NCBI GenBank assembly: GCA_963808245.1
Contig: CAWEES010000002.1
Location: forward strand, 1,090,252 to 1,154,251
Length of the DNA: 64,000 nt
Source of the DNA: an uncultured Bacteroidota bacterium
Lineage (GTDB): Bacteria; Bacteroidota; Ignavibacteria; Kryptoniales; JAKASW01
Direction of reading: 5' to 3'
The notes under the pieces were generated by a model. That model made no database searches, was not told the origin of the DNA, and saw nothing but the letters and a program-made list of their open reading frames with translations. Below, one piece after another: positions 10,066-18,777 of the stretch. Positions within the stretch are counted from its first letter, which is position 1. Each line of letters starts with the position of its first letter. The translations under genes and the position numbers were made by a program.

Positions 10066-10896
10066 ATGTCGTTTGAGGCGTTACTGCTTATTTCAGTTGC
10101 AGCCGGATTCGTCGGCGCAATGAGCGGAATGGGAGGCGGAGTGATCCTGATACCGGCGTTGACGCTCCTTGGAATGGATATAAAGCATGCGATTGCAATA
10201 AGTATCGTCTCGGTGATCGCTACCTCGTCAGGATCTGCTTCGGCTTACGTCCGTGACCGTATTACAAATCTTAAAGTCGGAATGTTTCTGGAAATGTTCA
10301 CAATCGTCGGTGCACTTGCCGGTGCAGCCATCACGCTCGTATCCTCCCGTGCACCGCTGTTCATAATCTTCGGCCTCGTCCTCCTTGGATCATGGCTCAC
10401 TCTCCTTTTGCAGCGGCATGAAGAGTGGCGCCCCGTGGAACACCAGGATAAATTTTCACACTGGCTGGAGTTGAACGGAGAATACTACGATCAGGCGTCG
10501 CATGGGACGATCGCCTATCGCGGGAGCCGGGCATATTTCGGAGGCCCGCTTATGTTTGGAGCTGGATTGATCGCCGGGCTCCTCGGTATCGGAGCGGGCG
10601 CGCTAAAGGTTTTGATACATGACCTGGTAATGGGGCTCCCTCCGAAAGTTTCCACAACAACCAGCAACTTAATAATCGGCGTCACCGCTCTCGCGGGAAC
10701 CAGCGTCTATTTAGCTGCAGGAATGATCGATCCTGCGCTTGCGGCCCCGGTTATTCTCGGAATAGTGGCTGGCGCTTTTGCCGGAACGCGTGTCCTGGTG
10801 AAGCTCACAAACCGATCTGTCAGGATGTTTTTCCTCTTCATCCTTGCAATCCTCGGCGTCGAGATGGTTATTCGCGGAATAGGAGCCATCGCCTGA
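10066..10896 (+). CDS. TSUP / TauE-SafE family anion exporter-like membrane protein
   Basis: 276 aa, about 8 TM segments, with Gly-rich internally duplicated halves (GMGGGVILIPAL / GIGAGALKV). Confidence 0.85.
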   Translation: MSFEALLLISVAAGFVGAMSGMGGGVILIPALTLLGMDIKHAIAISIVSVIATSSGSASAYVRDRITNLKVGMFLEMFTIVGALAGAAITLVSSRAPLFIIFGLVLLGSWLTLLLQRHEEWRPVEHQDKFSHWLELNGEYYDQASHGTIAYRGSRAYFGGPLMFGAGLIAGLLGIGAGALKVLIHDLVMGLPPKVSTTTSNLIIGVTALAGTSVYLAAGMIDPALAAPVILGIVAGAFAGTRVLVKLTNRSVRMFFLFILAILGVEMVIRGIGAIA

Positions 10897-11309
10897 TGAA
10901 CACTACAAATGAATCAAAGGAAATAATCCCGGACAAGGCAAAGTTGATCGAATTCGAGATGGATGCATTGGTGGGATATATACTCCTGATCGGAGTGTTA
11001 GCCAGCATCGCATTGATCGTTATCGGGGTGATCTGGCGTTACGCCGCTACGGGACATCTCGGACTTGATTATTCGATCACCGGGATGAACTTGTTTCAAT
11101 TCGTACTGAGTAGCCTGCGCGAGGCGACCGATCTTCACTTCCGGCCCCGGCTCTTCGTCAACCTCGGTATTGCGACTCTGATGCTTACGCCATACGTCCG
11201 CGTTACGGCGTCCATGTTCTTCTTCGCATTTGCGGAACGAAATTATAAATACACCGCCTTCACAGCGATGGTCTTCGTCGTGCTGACTTACAGCCTGTTC
11301 CTGCGATGA
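10896..11309 (+). CDS. DUF1634-like small membrane protein
   Basis: 137 aa with 4 TM segments. Its start overlaps the TauE stop (TGATG). From memory, this pairing is the usual DUF1634 context. Confidence 0.65.
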   Translation: MNTTNESKEIIPDKAKLIEFEMDALVGYILLIGVLASIALIVIGVIWRYAATGHLGLDYSITGMNLFQFVLSSLREATDLHFRPRLFVNLGIATLMLTPYVRVTASMFFFAFAERNYKYTAFTAMVFVVLTYSLFLR

Positions 11310-11325
11310 AATAGCCCGGGGAAAG

Positions 11326-12825
11326 TTATTTTAAATTCATTATATGGTCTTCGAAAATCTTTCTGAAGTGAAAGCCGTAGATAGAAAATGTTATCGCCAT
11401 TGGAAAAAGTTTCGGCCTCGTGAACAAGGACCAGAAAAATAACCGCCAGTAATAGACCCTTTCTTTCTCAATTATTCCGAGCCGGATAATCGATCTGAAA
11501 AGCGCCTTGACATAATCGAAGCTCACCAAGCGAAAAACTTTCGCCTGCTCCGGTTTGTAGTTCTTCATGAAATTCTTCACCCGCGCATAATACTGCTTCG
11601 GTGAATAAATCCTCTTGACTACGCTCTTATATCCTTTGACCAGGGCTTCCCTGTTCATCTTCGGAATGAAATTCATGGAGAAATCCGTGTTGTCTCCCGA
11701 GAAGACATGAAGAAGGCGTCCCTCGCTTGCCATTCTCTTGTAAAGCCTCGTGCCGCGAGGCGCGTTGAGAAGCCCGACCATCGCCGTAACAATTCCCGAC
11801 TCCTGGATAAAGGCATTAAGCTTGTCAAAAATAGAAGCCGGGTCGACATCAAAACCGAGGATAAATCCTCCCTGAACTTCCATACCGAACTTCTGCAGTT
11901 TTTTAACGCTTGCCACCAGATCTCGGCGCTTGTTCGGAATTTTCTTACACTCCTCCAGGCTCTCTTCGTTCGGCGACTCGATGCCGACAAAGACCGCGTT
12001 GAATCCTGCCTGCGACATCAGGGTCATCAACTCTTCATCGTCGGCTGTGTTCAGGGAGACTTCGGTATTAAAAGAGAACGGGTGTTTTTTCTCTTTCATC
12101 CACTCGATTATCCGGGGAAGTATTTCCCTTTTCAATTTATTCTTGTTGCCGATGAAATTATCATCAACGAAAAATACGCTCGACTTCCAACCGCGCTCAT
12201 AGAGAACGTCAAGCTCGGCAACGACTTGCTCCTTCGTCTTTGTGCGAGGAACCCGCCCATACAGAACTGTAATATCGCAGAACTCGCAATCATACGGACA
12301 GCCGCGGGAGTATTGGACATTCATTGACGCGTAATTCTTGAAATTAATCAGGTCCCATTGAGGAATCGGAGTCTCCGTAATATCCGCCCAATCGGCTGAT
12401 GTGTAGACATGCTTTGCCTCTCCCGCTTCTAAATCAGCAAGGAAAGGTTTCAAGGTAATCTCGGCTTCGTTCAGGACAAGATGGTCCACGTTGTCGAATT
12501 CATCATGCAACGCCGTGAACAGCGGACCACCGGCAATAATCTTCCTTCCAAGTCTTTTGCATTTCGCGATAATCTCCATCACCGATTCCTTCTGGACAGA
12601 CATGGCACTTATAAGGACATAATCAGCCCAGAGGATTTCATCGTCGGTCAATTGTTTTACGTTCAGATCGACAACTTTTTTCTCCCATTCTTTTGGAAGC
12701 ATAGCTGCAACGGTAAGTAAACCCAAGGGCGGAAATGCTGCTTTCTTGGAGATAAATTGCAATGCGTGCCTGAAACTCCAGAAAGTGTCAGGATATCGCG
12801 GATATACGAGAAGTGTTTTCATCAA
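11326..12825 (-). CDS. B12-binding-domain radical SAM protein (DUF4070-type C-terminus)
   Basis: 499 aa. It has an N-terminal Rossmann-like cobalamin-binding region, the radical SAM motif CPYDCEFC, and a conserved C-terminal tail. Confidence 0.85.
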   Translation of the reverse strand: MMKTLLVYPRYPDTFWSFRHALQFISKKAAFPPLGLLTVAAMLPKEWEKKVVDLNVKQLTDDEILWADYVLISAMSVQKESVMEIIAKCKRLGRKIIAGGPLFTALHDEFDNVDHLVLNEAEITLKPFLADLEAGEAKHVYTSADWADITETPIPQWDLINFKNYASMNVQYSRGCPYDCEFCDITVLYGRVPRTKTKEQVVAELDVLYERGWKSSVFFVDDNFIGNKNKLKREILPRIIEWMKEKKHPFSFNTEVSLNTADDEELMTLMSQAGFNAVFVGIESPNEESLEECKKIPNKRRDLVASVKKLQKFGMEVQGGFILGFDVDPASIFDKLNAFIQESGIVTAMVGLLNAPRGTRLYKRMASEGRLLHVFSGDNTDFSMNFIPKMNREALVKGYKSVVKRIYSPKQYYARVKNFMKNYKPEQAKVFRLVSFDYVKALFRSIIRLGIIEKERVYYWRLFFWSLFTRPKLFPMAITFSIYGFHFRKIFEDHIMNLK

Positions 12826-12940
12826 ACAGCCTAATTAAGTTAGTATTAAGGTAACGTATGGGGGTGAGTCGTGCAATGGATGCAAGAGGGTTTCCAACTC
12901 CAACGCTCTTTGCCGTTGAGGACCGGGCGGCCTTCTCCCC

Positions 12941-12985
12941 TTGACAAACACGCATCCGGTTGCTATATTACTTTGTAATACAAAG
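12941..12985 (+). promoter_or_regulatory. sigma70-type promoter with an adjacent perfect palindrome (candidate operator)
   Basis: TTGACA (12941..12946), a 17-nt spacer, then TATATT (12964..12969). The palindrome CTTTGTA-a-TACAAAG (12971..12985) follows immediately. RBS GGAGGA lies at 12998 and the TTG start at 13008. Confidence 0.55.
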
Positions 12986-13007
12986 CACTTTATAACCGGA
13001 GGACAAA

Positions 13008-13607
13008 TTGGACCAGCAAAATGCGCTCGAAGAGATAGCCCTCATAAAGAGAGTTATCGAAGAAAGCCGCGAGTTCACATTCAATATTGGCAGAAACATT
13101 ATCGTCTGGGGAATACTGATAAGCTTCGCGGTTTTTACGTCATATGGAACGATTGTGATGGGTTATCACGTAATAGCTTTATGGATCTGGGTCGTGACTA
13201 TTGGTGCCGGATGGATATTCAGCATCGTCACGGGAATGTGCGAAAAATCGAGGACGCAGAATTTCGGGGTCAGGATCATTTCATATTTATGGACAAGCTG
13301 CGGAATCGCCATGACAATTCTAGGTTTCGCGGGGACAACCTCCGGAGCGATTGAAGATTGGGCAGTTGCCCCGGTCATAGCGACAATTATGGGCGTAGGT
13401 TTTGCCATGACTTCTTTGATTCAAGAACTGAGATGGGTGATGTCTGTAGCCATAGCATGGTGGCTGGGAGCTCTTTTGATGTTTCTTGTAAAAGGCTACG
13501 AAGCCCTCCCGATATTCGGAGTAATGATGATACTCTTCCAGGTTGTCCCCGGCATAGTATTTCACAGGCAATGGAAAAACAGACAGATAACTTCCGAAGT
13601 AAAATGA
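13008..13607 (+). CDS. membrane protein (5-6 TM), unknown function
   Basis: 199-aa hydrophobic ORF with a good RBS. Its stop overlaps the start of the downstream regulator (ATGA). Confidence 0.6.
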   Translation: MDQQNALEEIALIKRVIEESREFTFNIGRNIIVWGILISFAVFTSYGTIVMGYHVIALWIWVVTIGAGWIFSIVTGMCEKSRTQNFGVRIISYLWTSCGIAMTILGFAGTTSGAIEDWAVAPVIATIMGVGFAMTSLIQELRWVMSVAIAWWLGALLMFLVKGYEALPIFGVMMILFQVVPGIVFHRQWKNRQITSEVK

Positions 13608-13900
13608 CCGACTTCGACTACAAGCAGCTTGACGACACGCTTCAATCAAGAATAAGAGTCGCAATTATGGCAGCCCTTGTGAGCGTTGTTGAAGCTGATT
13701 TCAATTTTCTGAAAGAGGTTGTAAAAACCACCGATGGAAACCTGAGCACGCACCTGCGCAAACTGGAAGACGCCGGTTACGTTTCGGTAAAGAAAAAATT
13801 TGTCGACAGGAAGCCGCAGACAAAATATAAGTTCACTGAAAAAGGAAAGCGTGCTCTCATAGAACATGTTAACATTCTTGAAAAGTTGATAAAGAAATAA
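13604..13900 (+). CDS. winged-helix transcriptional regulator (HTH_34 / ArsR-like)
   Basis: MTDFDYKQLDDTLQSRIRVAIMAALVSVVEADFNFLKEVVKTTDGNLSTHLRKLEDAGYVSVKKKF... matches the HTH_34 pattern (TDGNLSxHLxKLExAGYV). I chose the internal ATG at 13604; the 5' part of ORF 13358..13900 overlaps the membrane gene. Confidence 0.75.
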   Translation: MTDFDYKQLDDTLQSRIRVAIMAALVSVVEADFNFLKEVVKTTDGNLSTHLRKLEDAGYVSVKKKFVDRKPQTKYKFTEKGKRALIEHVNILEKLIKK

Positions 13901-14012
13901 TTTTGCGACGCCTTCTGATGAACCCGAAGCCAAAATTTTCGCCCAAAAGGAGGAGAATTACAGTGATGTCACGGTACGAGGAAATACGGCTAAAATGGGC
14001 CGAATTAAGCTC

Positions 14013-14041
14013 TTGACAACGTAACAGTGTTATGTTATATT
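14013..14041 (+). promoter_or_regulatory. sigma70-type promoter with an inverted repeat in the spacer
   Basis: TTGACA (14013..14018), a 17-nt spacer, then TATATT (14036..14041). The spacer contains TAACA-g-TGTTA. It lies 20 nt upstream of the MerR-like gene. Confidence 0.5.
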
Positions 14042-14060
14042 GTGTCAGAGGTTATAAAAA

Positions 14061-14705
14061 ATGGAAAACAATTTAATTTCAAAGAAAGACCTGCTTGAGT
14101 TGACGGGAATATCTTACGGCCAGCTCTACAGATGGAAAAGAAAGATGCTGATACCGGAAGACTGGTTTATCCGCAAATCAACTTTCACCGGACAGGAAAC
14201 CTTTTTCCCCCGCGATAAGATTCTGTCGCGCGTCGACAAAATCAAAAATATGAAGGAAGACGCATCCCTCGATGAGCTCGCTGACATACTCTCGCCGAAT
14301 CCCACCGAAGTGCATTCAGAGAAGGACAAATTGATAAAAGAAAAGATTGTCTCGGAAATGGCCTTGAACATCTTCGTCGAAACCCTCGGCGAATCGGACT
14401 CTTTAGATTTCGAGAGTATTCTCTTCGTCCACGTCCTTGACAAAATGCTCTACTCCGGCGAGATCAATTCGGATGAAGGAAAAATCATTCTCAAAACTCT
14501 CGATGAACATTACCCATCTTTCGAAGGGAGGAACTGTGATCTGATATTCCTTCGAAAGTTAGGAGTCTCGACCTGTGTTCTCGTTTCGTTTCCAAATCAA
14601 ATTCATTTCGATTCAGGTACCAAGATCGTCAGCCGTCTAAATATTTCAAATTGCATAGAGGAACTAAAATCAAAATTGTCCAATGGAGAAATAGGAAATG
14701 GATAA
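14061..14705 (+). CDS. DUF4004 / YhbD-like protein with an N-terminal MerR-type HTH
   Basis: The N-terminus LISKKDLLELTGISYGQLYRWKRKMLIPEDWFIRKSTFTGQETFFPRDKILSRV is a MerR-like HTH. The size and the position upstream of two bactofilin-like genes mirror B. subtilis yhbD (from memory). Confidence 0.6.
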   Translation: MENNLISKKDLLELTGISYGQLYRWKRKMLIPEDWFIRKSTFTGQETFFPRDKILSRVDKIKNMKEDASLDELADILSPNPTEVHSEKDKLIKEKIVSEMALNIFVETLGESDSLDFESILFVHVLDKMLYSGEINSDEGKIILKTLDEHYPSFEGRNCDLIFLRKLGVSTCVLVSFPNQIHFDSGTKIVSRLNISNCIEELKSKLSNGEIGNG

Positions 14706-15384
14706 GAAAAATAAAAATGATTTACGAATAAACGGACTCGGAAGCTCCTCTGGCGGCAGCTACAATATCATCCAGATAAACGGCAAAGGAGATATAAACG
14801 GCGATATCGATTGCGCCGAACTTCAGATTAACGGACTCGGATGCATTCATGGTAACGTGAAAACCGGCGGAGCTAGAATAGCAGGCAAATCCGAGATCGA
14901 CGGAAATCTGAAGGCTCAGGAAATTATCACCGACGGAATGACGGAAGTCGGTGGTGCAATATCGGCGGACAAGATTGAGAACCGTGGTATGTTGAAGGTA
15001 GAAAAAGATTGCGGTTCTGAAACTTTCAAGTCACAAGGAGGATTTACAATCGGAGGTCTTCTTAATGCCGAGAGAATTGATGTCGACATCTATGCGGCCT
15101 CAAGAGCCAGAGAAATTGGAGGACAAGAGATCGAGATCAGGTCAGGCGATGCATTCGGTTTTAAAAAGTTTCTCACTTCACTATTTCCCGGCCTCCAACT
15201 GGATCGCACACTCTCTGCCGAGACTATCGAAGGAGATTCGATCTATCTTGAAAACGCTACAGTGAAAGTGGTTCGCGGAAGAGATGTCAAGATCGGCCCG
15301 GGCTGCAAGATCGACGTAGTCGAATACAAAACTTCGTTTCACCAGGATATCGGCGCCACTGTAAAAGAGAACCGAAAAGTTTAG
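14698..15384 (+). CDS. bactofilin-like polymer-forming protein (YhbE/BacE-like)
   Basis: Gly-rich beta-helical repeats (INGLG..GNVK..IAGKSEIDGNLK), a CGSETFKSQGGFTIGGLLNAERIDV core, and paralogy with the next gene. Confidence 0.65.
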   Translation: MDKKNKNDLRINGLGSSSGGSYNIIQINGKGDINGDIDCAELQINGLGCIHGNVKTGGARIAGKSEIDGNLKAQEIITDGMTEVGGAISADKIENRGMLKVEKDCGSETFKSQGGFTIGGLLNAERIDVDIYAASRAREIGGQEIEIRSGDAFGFKKFLTSLFPGLQLDRTLSAETIEGDSIYLENATVKVVRGRDVKIGPGCKIDVVEYKTSFHQDIGATVKENRKV

Positions 15385-15403
15385 AGGCAAAAGGAAAATT
15401 CAA

Positions 15404-16147
15404 ATGAAAAATGCCACGGGAACCGACCTCAAGATTATTGGAGACAATAGCGCTTCAGGAGGCCATTATAACAACGCAAAGATAATCGGCGATAGTATCG
15501 TCAACGGTAATTTGGATTGCTTGAACTTTAAGAGTGTGGGCAACTCAAGGATCGACGGCAGCGTGAAAGCCGAGAAAACGAAAATAGTCGGTGCTGTCTC
15601 CGTGACAGGCTCCCTGGAATCCAATGAAATTCGCGTAGTCGGAAACATGGATACAGGAGGTGACATTAAAGCCAGGAGCATAGATTTGAGAGGCGGGATG
15701 GATATAAAGGGAGGAGTAAAGTCGGATGACATCAAGTTGACGGGATATGTCACAATAAAAAAGAACTGTGAGGCGGAGACATTCAGATCGGAAGGGCCGC
15801 TCAATATCGGAGGCCTCCTTAATGCAGGTGAAGTGGACATAAGGATTCACAGCCGGTGCAAGGTTTCTGAAATCGGAGGTGAACGAATCTCCGTAAGAAG
15901 AGGACACTACTCCAAGTTAGGCGACATCATCAAGTCGCTCTTCCTCCCTGCCGATTTCTTCAAGGGAAAGCTTGTAACGGACAGTATCGAAGGAGATGCG
16001 ATTCAACTGGAAGACACGAAGGCAAAGACTGTTCGCGGGAAAACTGTTTCGATAGGAGACGGATGCGAGATAGACTTGTTGGAATATGCTAAGGAGTGCC
16101 GGATCAATGGAAGATCGGTCGTCAAAGAAAAAAGGAAAGTGAAGTGA
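15404..16147 (+). CDS. bactofilin-like polymer-forming protein (YhbF/BacF-like)
   Basis: Paralog of 14698..15384: CEAETFRSEGPLNIGGLLNAGEVDI, EIGGERISVRRG and DSIEGDAIQLEDT align with the partner. Confidence 0.65.
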   Translation: MKNATGTDLKIIGDNSASGGHYNNAKIIGDSIVNGNLDCLNFKSVGNSRIDGSVKAEKTKIVGAVSVTGSLESNEIRVVGNMDTGGDIKARSIDLRGGMDIKGGVKSDDIKLTGYVTIKKNCEAETFRSEGPLNIGGLLNAGEVDIRIHSRCKVSEIGGERISVRRGHYSKLGDIIKSLFLPADFFKGKLVTDSIEGDAIQLEDTKAKTVRGKTVSIGDGCEIDLLEYAKECRINGRSVVKEKRKVK

Positions 16148-16455
16148 ATGTCTGGACGAACCAATTTCCCCCGCATAAATCGTCTTCTCTATCACTTAGC
16201 AATAAATTAATGGAACAATATTTAACCCTTTTCGTTCGTCTTTATGAGTCGAGGCGGAACAACGGCAAGATCGGAACAGCAAATCTTAGTTTCATTCTTT
16301 ATGATAAATAGTGCAGGTTCAATTTGCAGGGAAGTTTTAGTAGAAAAATTGTTATCAAAATATAAATCCAATGCGAGGGTCCAATTTTGACGCCGCCGAA
16401 CGACTATTATAGTAGAGAAATCAATATTAAAACTGAATATAATGTGAGGACAGCC

Positions 16456-16707
16456 ATGATGACCGGGAATCAAATTGCTGAGACGCAGGTAAAGGATTTG
16501 TTCATTTTTCGAACAGATATAGCAAAAAGAACCGATTTTCTTAGTGTGAAATATGATTTGGAGAAACTGCCCGGGATTTACACATGCACCATAGACCTGG
16601 AAGATTGCGATAAAGTTTTGCGTGTCGAATGCGAGAACGTAAGTATTAACAAAGTTGTTGAAGAAGTGAGTAGGCACAACTTCTTTTGTCAGGAACTCGA
16701 AGACTGA
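16456..16707 (+). CDS. small hypothetical protein (83 aa)
   Basis: ATGATG start preceded by GAGGAC. It lies in frame within ORF 16387..16707 and immediately upstream of the efflux adaptor. I recognise no motif. Confidence 0.4.
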   Translation: MMTGNQIAETQVKDLFIFRTDIAKRTDFLSVKYDLEKLPGIYTCTIDLEDCDKVLRVECENVSINKVVEEVSRHNFFCQELED

Positions 16708-16751
16708 TTAACTGATTGTAAATTTTGAATTAACAATTAATTGAGGCAAAT

Positions 16752-17951
16752 GTGGAAACGAAGAATGCCGATTTGTCAGGGCTGAGAATAGACAGATCGA
16801 AAAAGGAACCAGGCCCCGAGTCCGGGAAAGGGACCAAGAGATTATTTACTTTCGGCATACCGCTGATTCTGATCGCGGCAGCGGTCGTTGCGCTTTCGCG
16901 GACGGTTTTAGATTCACCCGTGAGTGTCAAGACCGTGACTGCCGTTGTCCAGTCGGCTTCACAAACCGAAGCTTTGCTGACCGCAAGCGGCTACGTCGTT
17001 GCACAGAGAAAAGCCGCAGTGGCGTCAAAAGGAACCGGCCGCCTGGTTTATCTCGGAGTCGTCGAGGGCGACAAAGTAAAAAGAGACCAGGTAATTGCAA
17101 GACTTGAAGACAATGATGTCAGGGCCCAGCTCAACGAAGCAAATGCAAATCTCGAATTGAATGAAGCTTCTTTGGCAGATGCTAAGTGGAATTATGATAG
17201 GAACACGAAGCTGCTGAAGTCCGGGTCTATCACCGAATCCGTTTTTGAGGCCGCAGAAACTCAATATAAAAAAGCGCAGGCTTCAGTCGATGTCGCAAAA
17301 GCGAACGTAGAAGGGGCGGAAGTCGCTCTGGATAATACGGTCGTCCGCGCGCCGTTTGATGGTACAGTGCTGACTAAAGATGCCGACGTCGGCGAGATCG
17401 TGGCACCGATGGCAGGAGGAATCAACTCGCGGGGAGCTGTCGTGACAATTGCCGACATGACTTCACTTCAAGTCGAAGCAGACGTATCCGAATCGAACAT
17501 CGAGAAAGTGAAAACGGGACAAGAATGCGAGATTACTCTTGACGCTTACCCGGACATCCAGTACGAAGGGTACGTTGCGAAGATCGTTCCTACCGCTGAT
17601 CGCGGTAAAGCAACGATAACCGTGAAAGTTGCATTTAAAGAATACGACAGTCGTGTCTTGCCGGAGATGGGCGCAAAAGTACTATTCTTGAAAGACAATA
17701 AAACAAGTTCGAGCAATCTGAACGATGGCAGTCCCAGACTTGTGGTTCCCTCAACGGCCGTCATAACGATAAACGGTCAGCAGGTCGTATTTAAGATAAA
17801 AGATGACAGAGCAGTCGAGACAAAGGTTGTCCTCGGTAAAAGTCTCGGGGCGTACGCGGAAGTAAAATCAGGATTGACGGACGGCGACCAGGTTATCGAT
17901 TCGCCGGGCGATCAAATCAAAAACGGTATTAGAGTCAGTGTGAAGCAGTGA
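16752..17951 (+). CDS. efflux transporter periplasmic adaptor subunit (HlyD/MacA family)
   Basis: 399 aa with an N-terminal TM segment, a coiled-coil hairpin (RAQLNEANANLELNEASLADAK...QYKKAQASVDVAKANVEGAEVAL), and barrel motifs (VRAPFDGTV). Confidence 0.9.
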   Translation: METKNADLSGLRIDRSKKEPGPESGKGTKRLFTFGIPLILIAAAVVALSRTVLDSPVSVKTVTAVVQSASQTEALLTASGYVVAQRKAAVASKGTGRLVYLGVVEGDKVKRDQVIARLEDNDVRAQLNEANANLELNEASLADAKWNYDRNTKLLKSGSITESVFEAAETQYKKAQASVDVAKANVEGAEVALDNTVVRAPFDGTVLTKDADVGEIVAPMAGGINSRGAVVTIADMTSLQVEADVSESNIEKVKTGQECEITLDAYPDIQYEGYVAKIVPTADRGKATITVKVAFKEYDSRVLPEMGAKVLFLKDNKTSSSNLNDGSPRLVVPSTAVITINGQQVVFKIKDDRAVETKVVLGKSLGAYAEVKSGLTDGDQVIDSPGDQIKNGIRVSVKQ

Positions 17952-18009
17952 ACAGCGAGAAAATATTAATCAGCGGCATTTTAAAAATAAATTCAGGAGA
18001 AAAGAAGCA

Positions 18010-18690
18010 ATGCAGAACCTCATCGAGATAAAAAATGTCACTAAATCTTACCGGCGGGACAGCATTGAAGTCCCGGTACTAAACAATATTGACCTTAATG
18101 TGCCCGATGGAGATTTCCTCGCCCTGATGGGCCCTTCCGGATCGGGCAAGACAACTTTGCTGAACATGGTCGCTGGAATCGATAAGCCGACCTCCGGGGA
18201 AATCATTATAAACGGGACGGACATCTCGAAGCTTAACGAATCCGCCCTCGCCAAGTGGAGATCGTCGAACATCGGTTTCGTTTTCCAATTCTATAATCTT
18301 ATTCCCGTTCTGACTGCTTACGAGAATGTCGAGCTTCCACTTCTCCTTACAAATCTCTCGAAGGCCGAAAGGAAACAGCACGTTGAAAGCGCGCTCACGA
18401 TCGTCGGGTTAACAGACCGCATGAATTTCTATCCGAAGCAGCTTTCCGGCGGCCAGGAACAGAGAGTTGCTATTGCGAGAGCAATAGTAACCGATCCTGT
18501 CCTTTTAATTGCAGACGAGCCGACAGGAGACCTCGATAAAAATTCAGCAGAGGAAATAACTACTCTTATGCAGAGGTTGAACTCCGAATTCAAGAAAACC
18601 ATTGTAATGGTAACGCATGATCCTCACACTGCTGGAAAGGCCAAATCGCTGCGTCACCTTGAAAAAGGCGACCTGGTGAAGGAATCTTAA
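18010..18690 (+). CDS. ABC transporter ATP-binding protein (MacB/LolD-type)
   Basis: Walker [10 protein letters not shown], signature [14 protein letters not shown], Walker [13 protein letters not shown]. Confidence 0.92.
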   Translation: MQNLIEIKNVTKSYRRDSIEVPVLNNIDLNVPDGDFLALMGPSGSGKTTLLNMVAGIDKPTSGEIIINGTDISKLNESALAKWRSSNIGFVFQFYNLIPVLTAYENVELPLLLTNLSKAERKQHVESALTIVGLTDRMNFYPKQLSGGQEQRVAIARAIVTDPVLLIADEPTGDLDKNSAEEITTLMQRLNSEFKKTIVMVTHDPHTAGKAKSLRHLEKGDLVKES

Positions 18691-18777
18691 TTTACATAAA
18701 CAGAAAAACAAAGCAGAATAATTAAAGGAATCGTAGTGTACATAAAAAGAAGAAAGCAGGATAATTAAGGAGTAACG

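Noticed and set aside
13358-13603. N-terminal 82 codons of ORF 13358..13900
   Set aside because: They overlap the well-supported membrane-protein frame. The regulator domain starts at the ATG at 13604, which overlaps the upstream stop (ATGA).
16222-16677. 151-aa minus-strand ORF
   Set aside because: Its composition is implausible, and it overlaps the small + strand ORF and its leader. It has no RBS or motifs.
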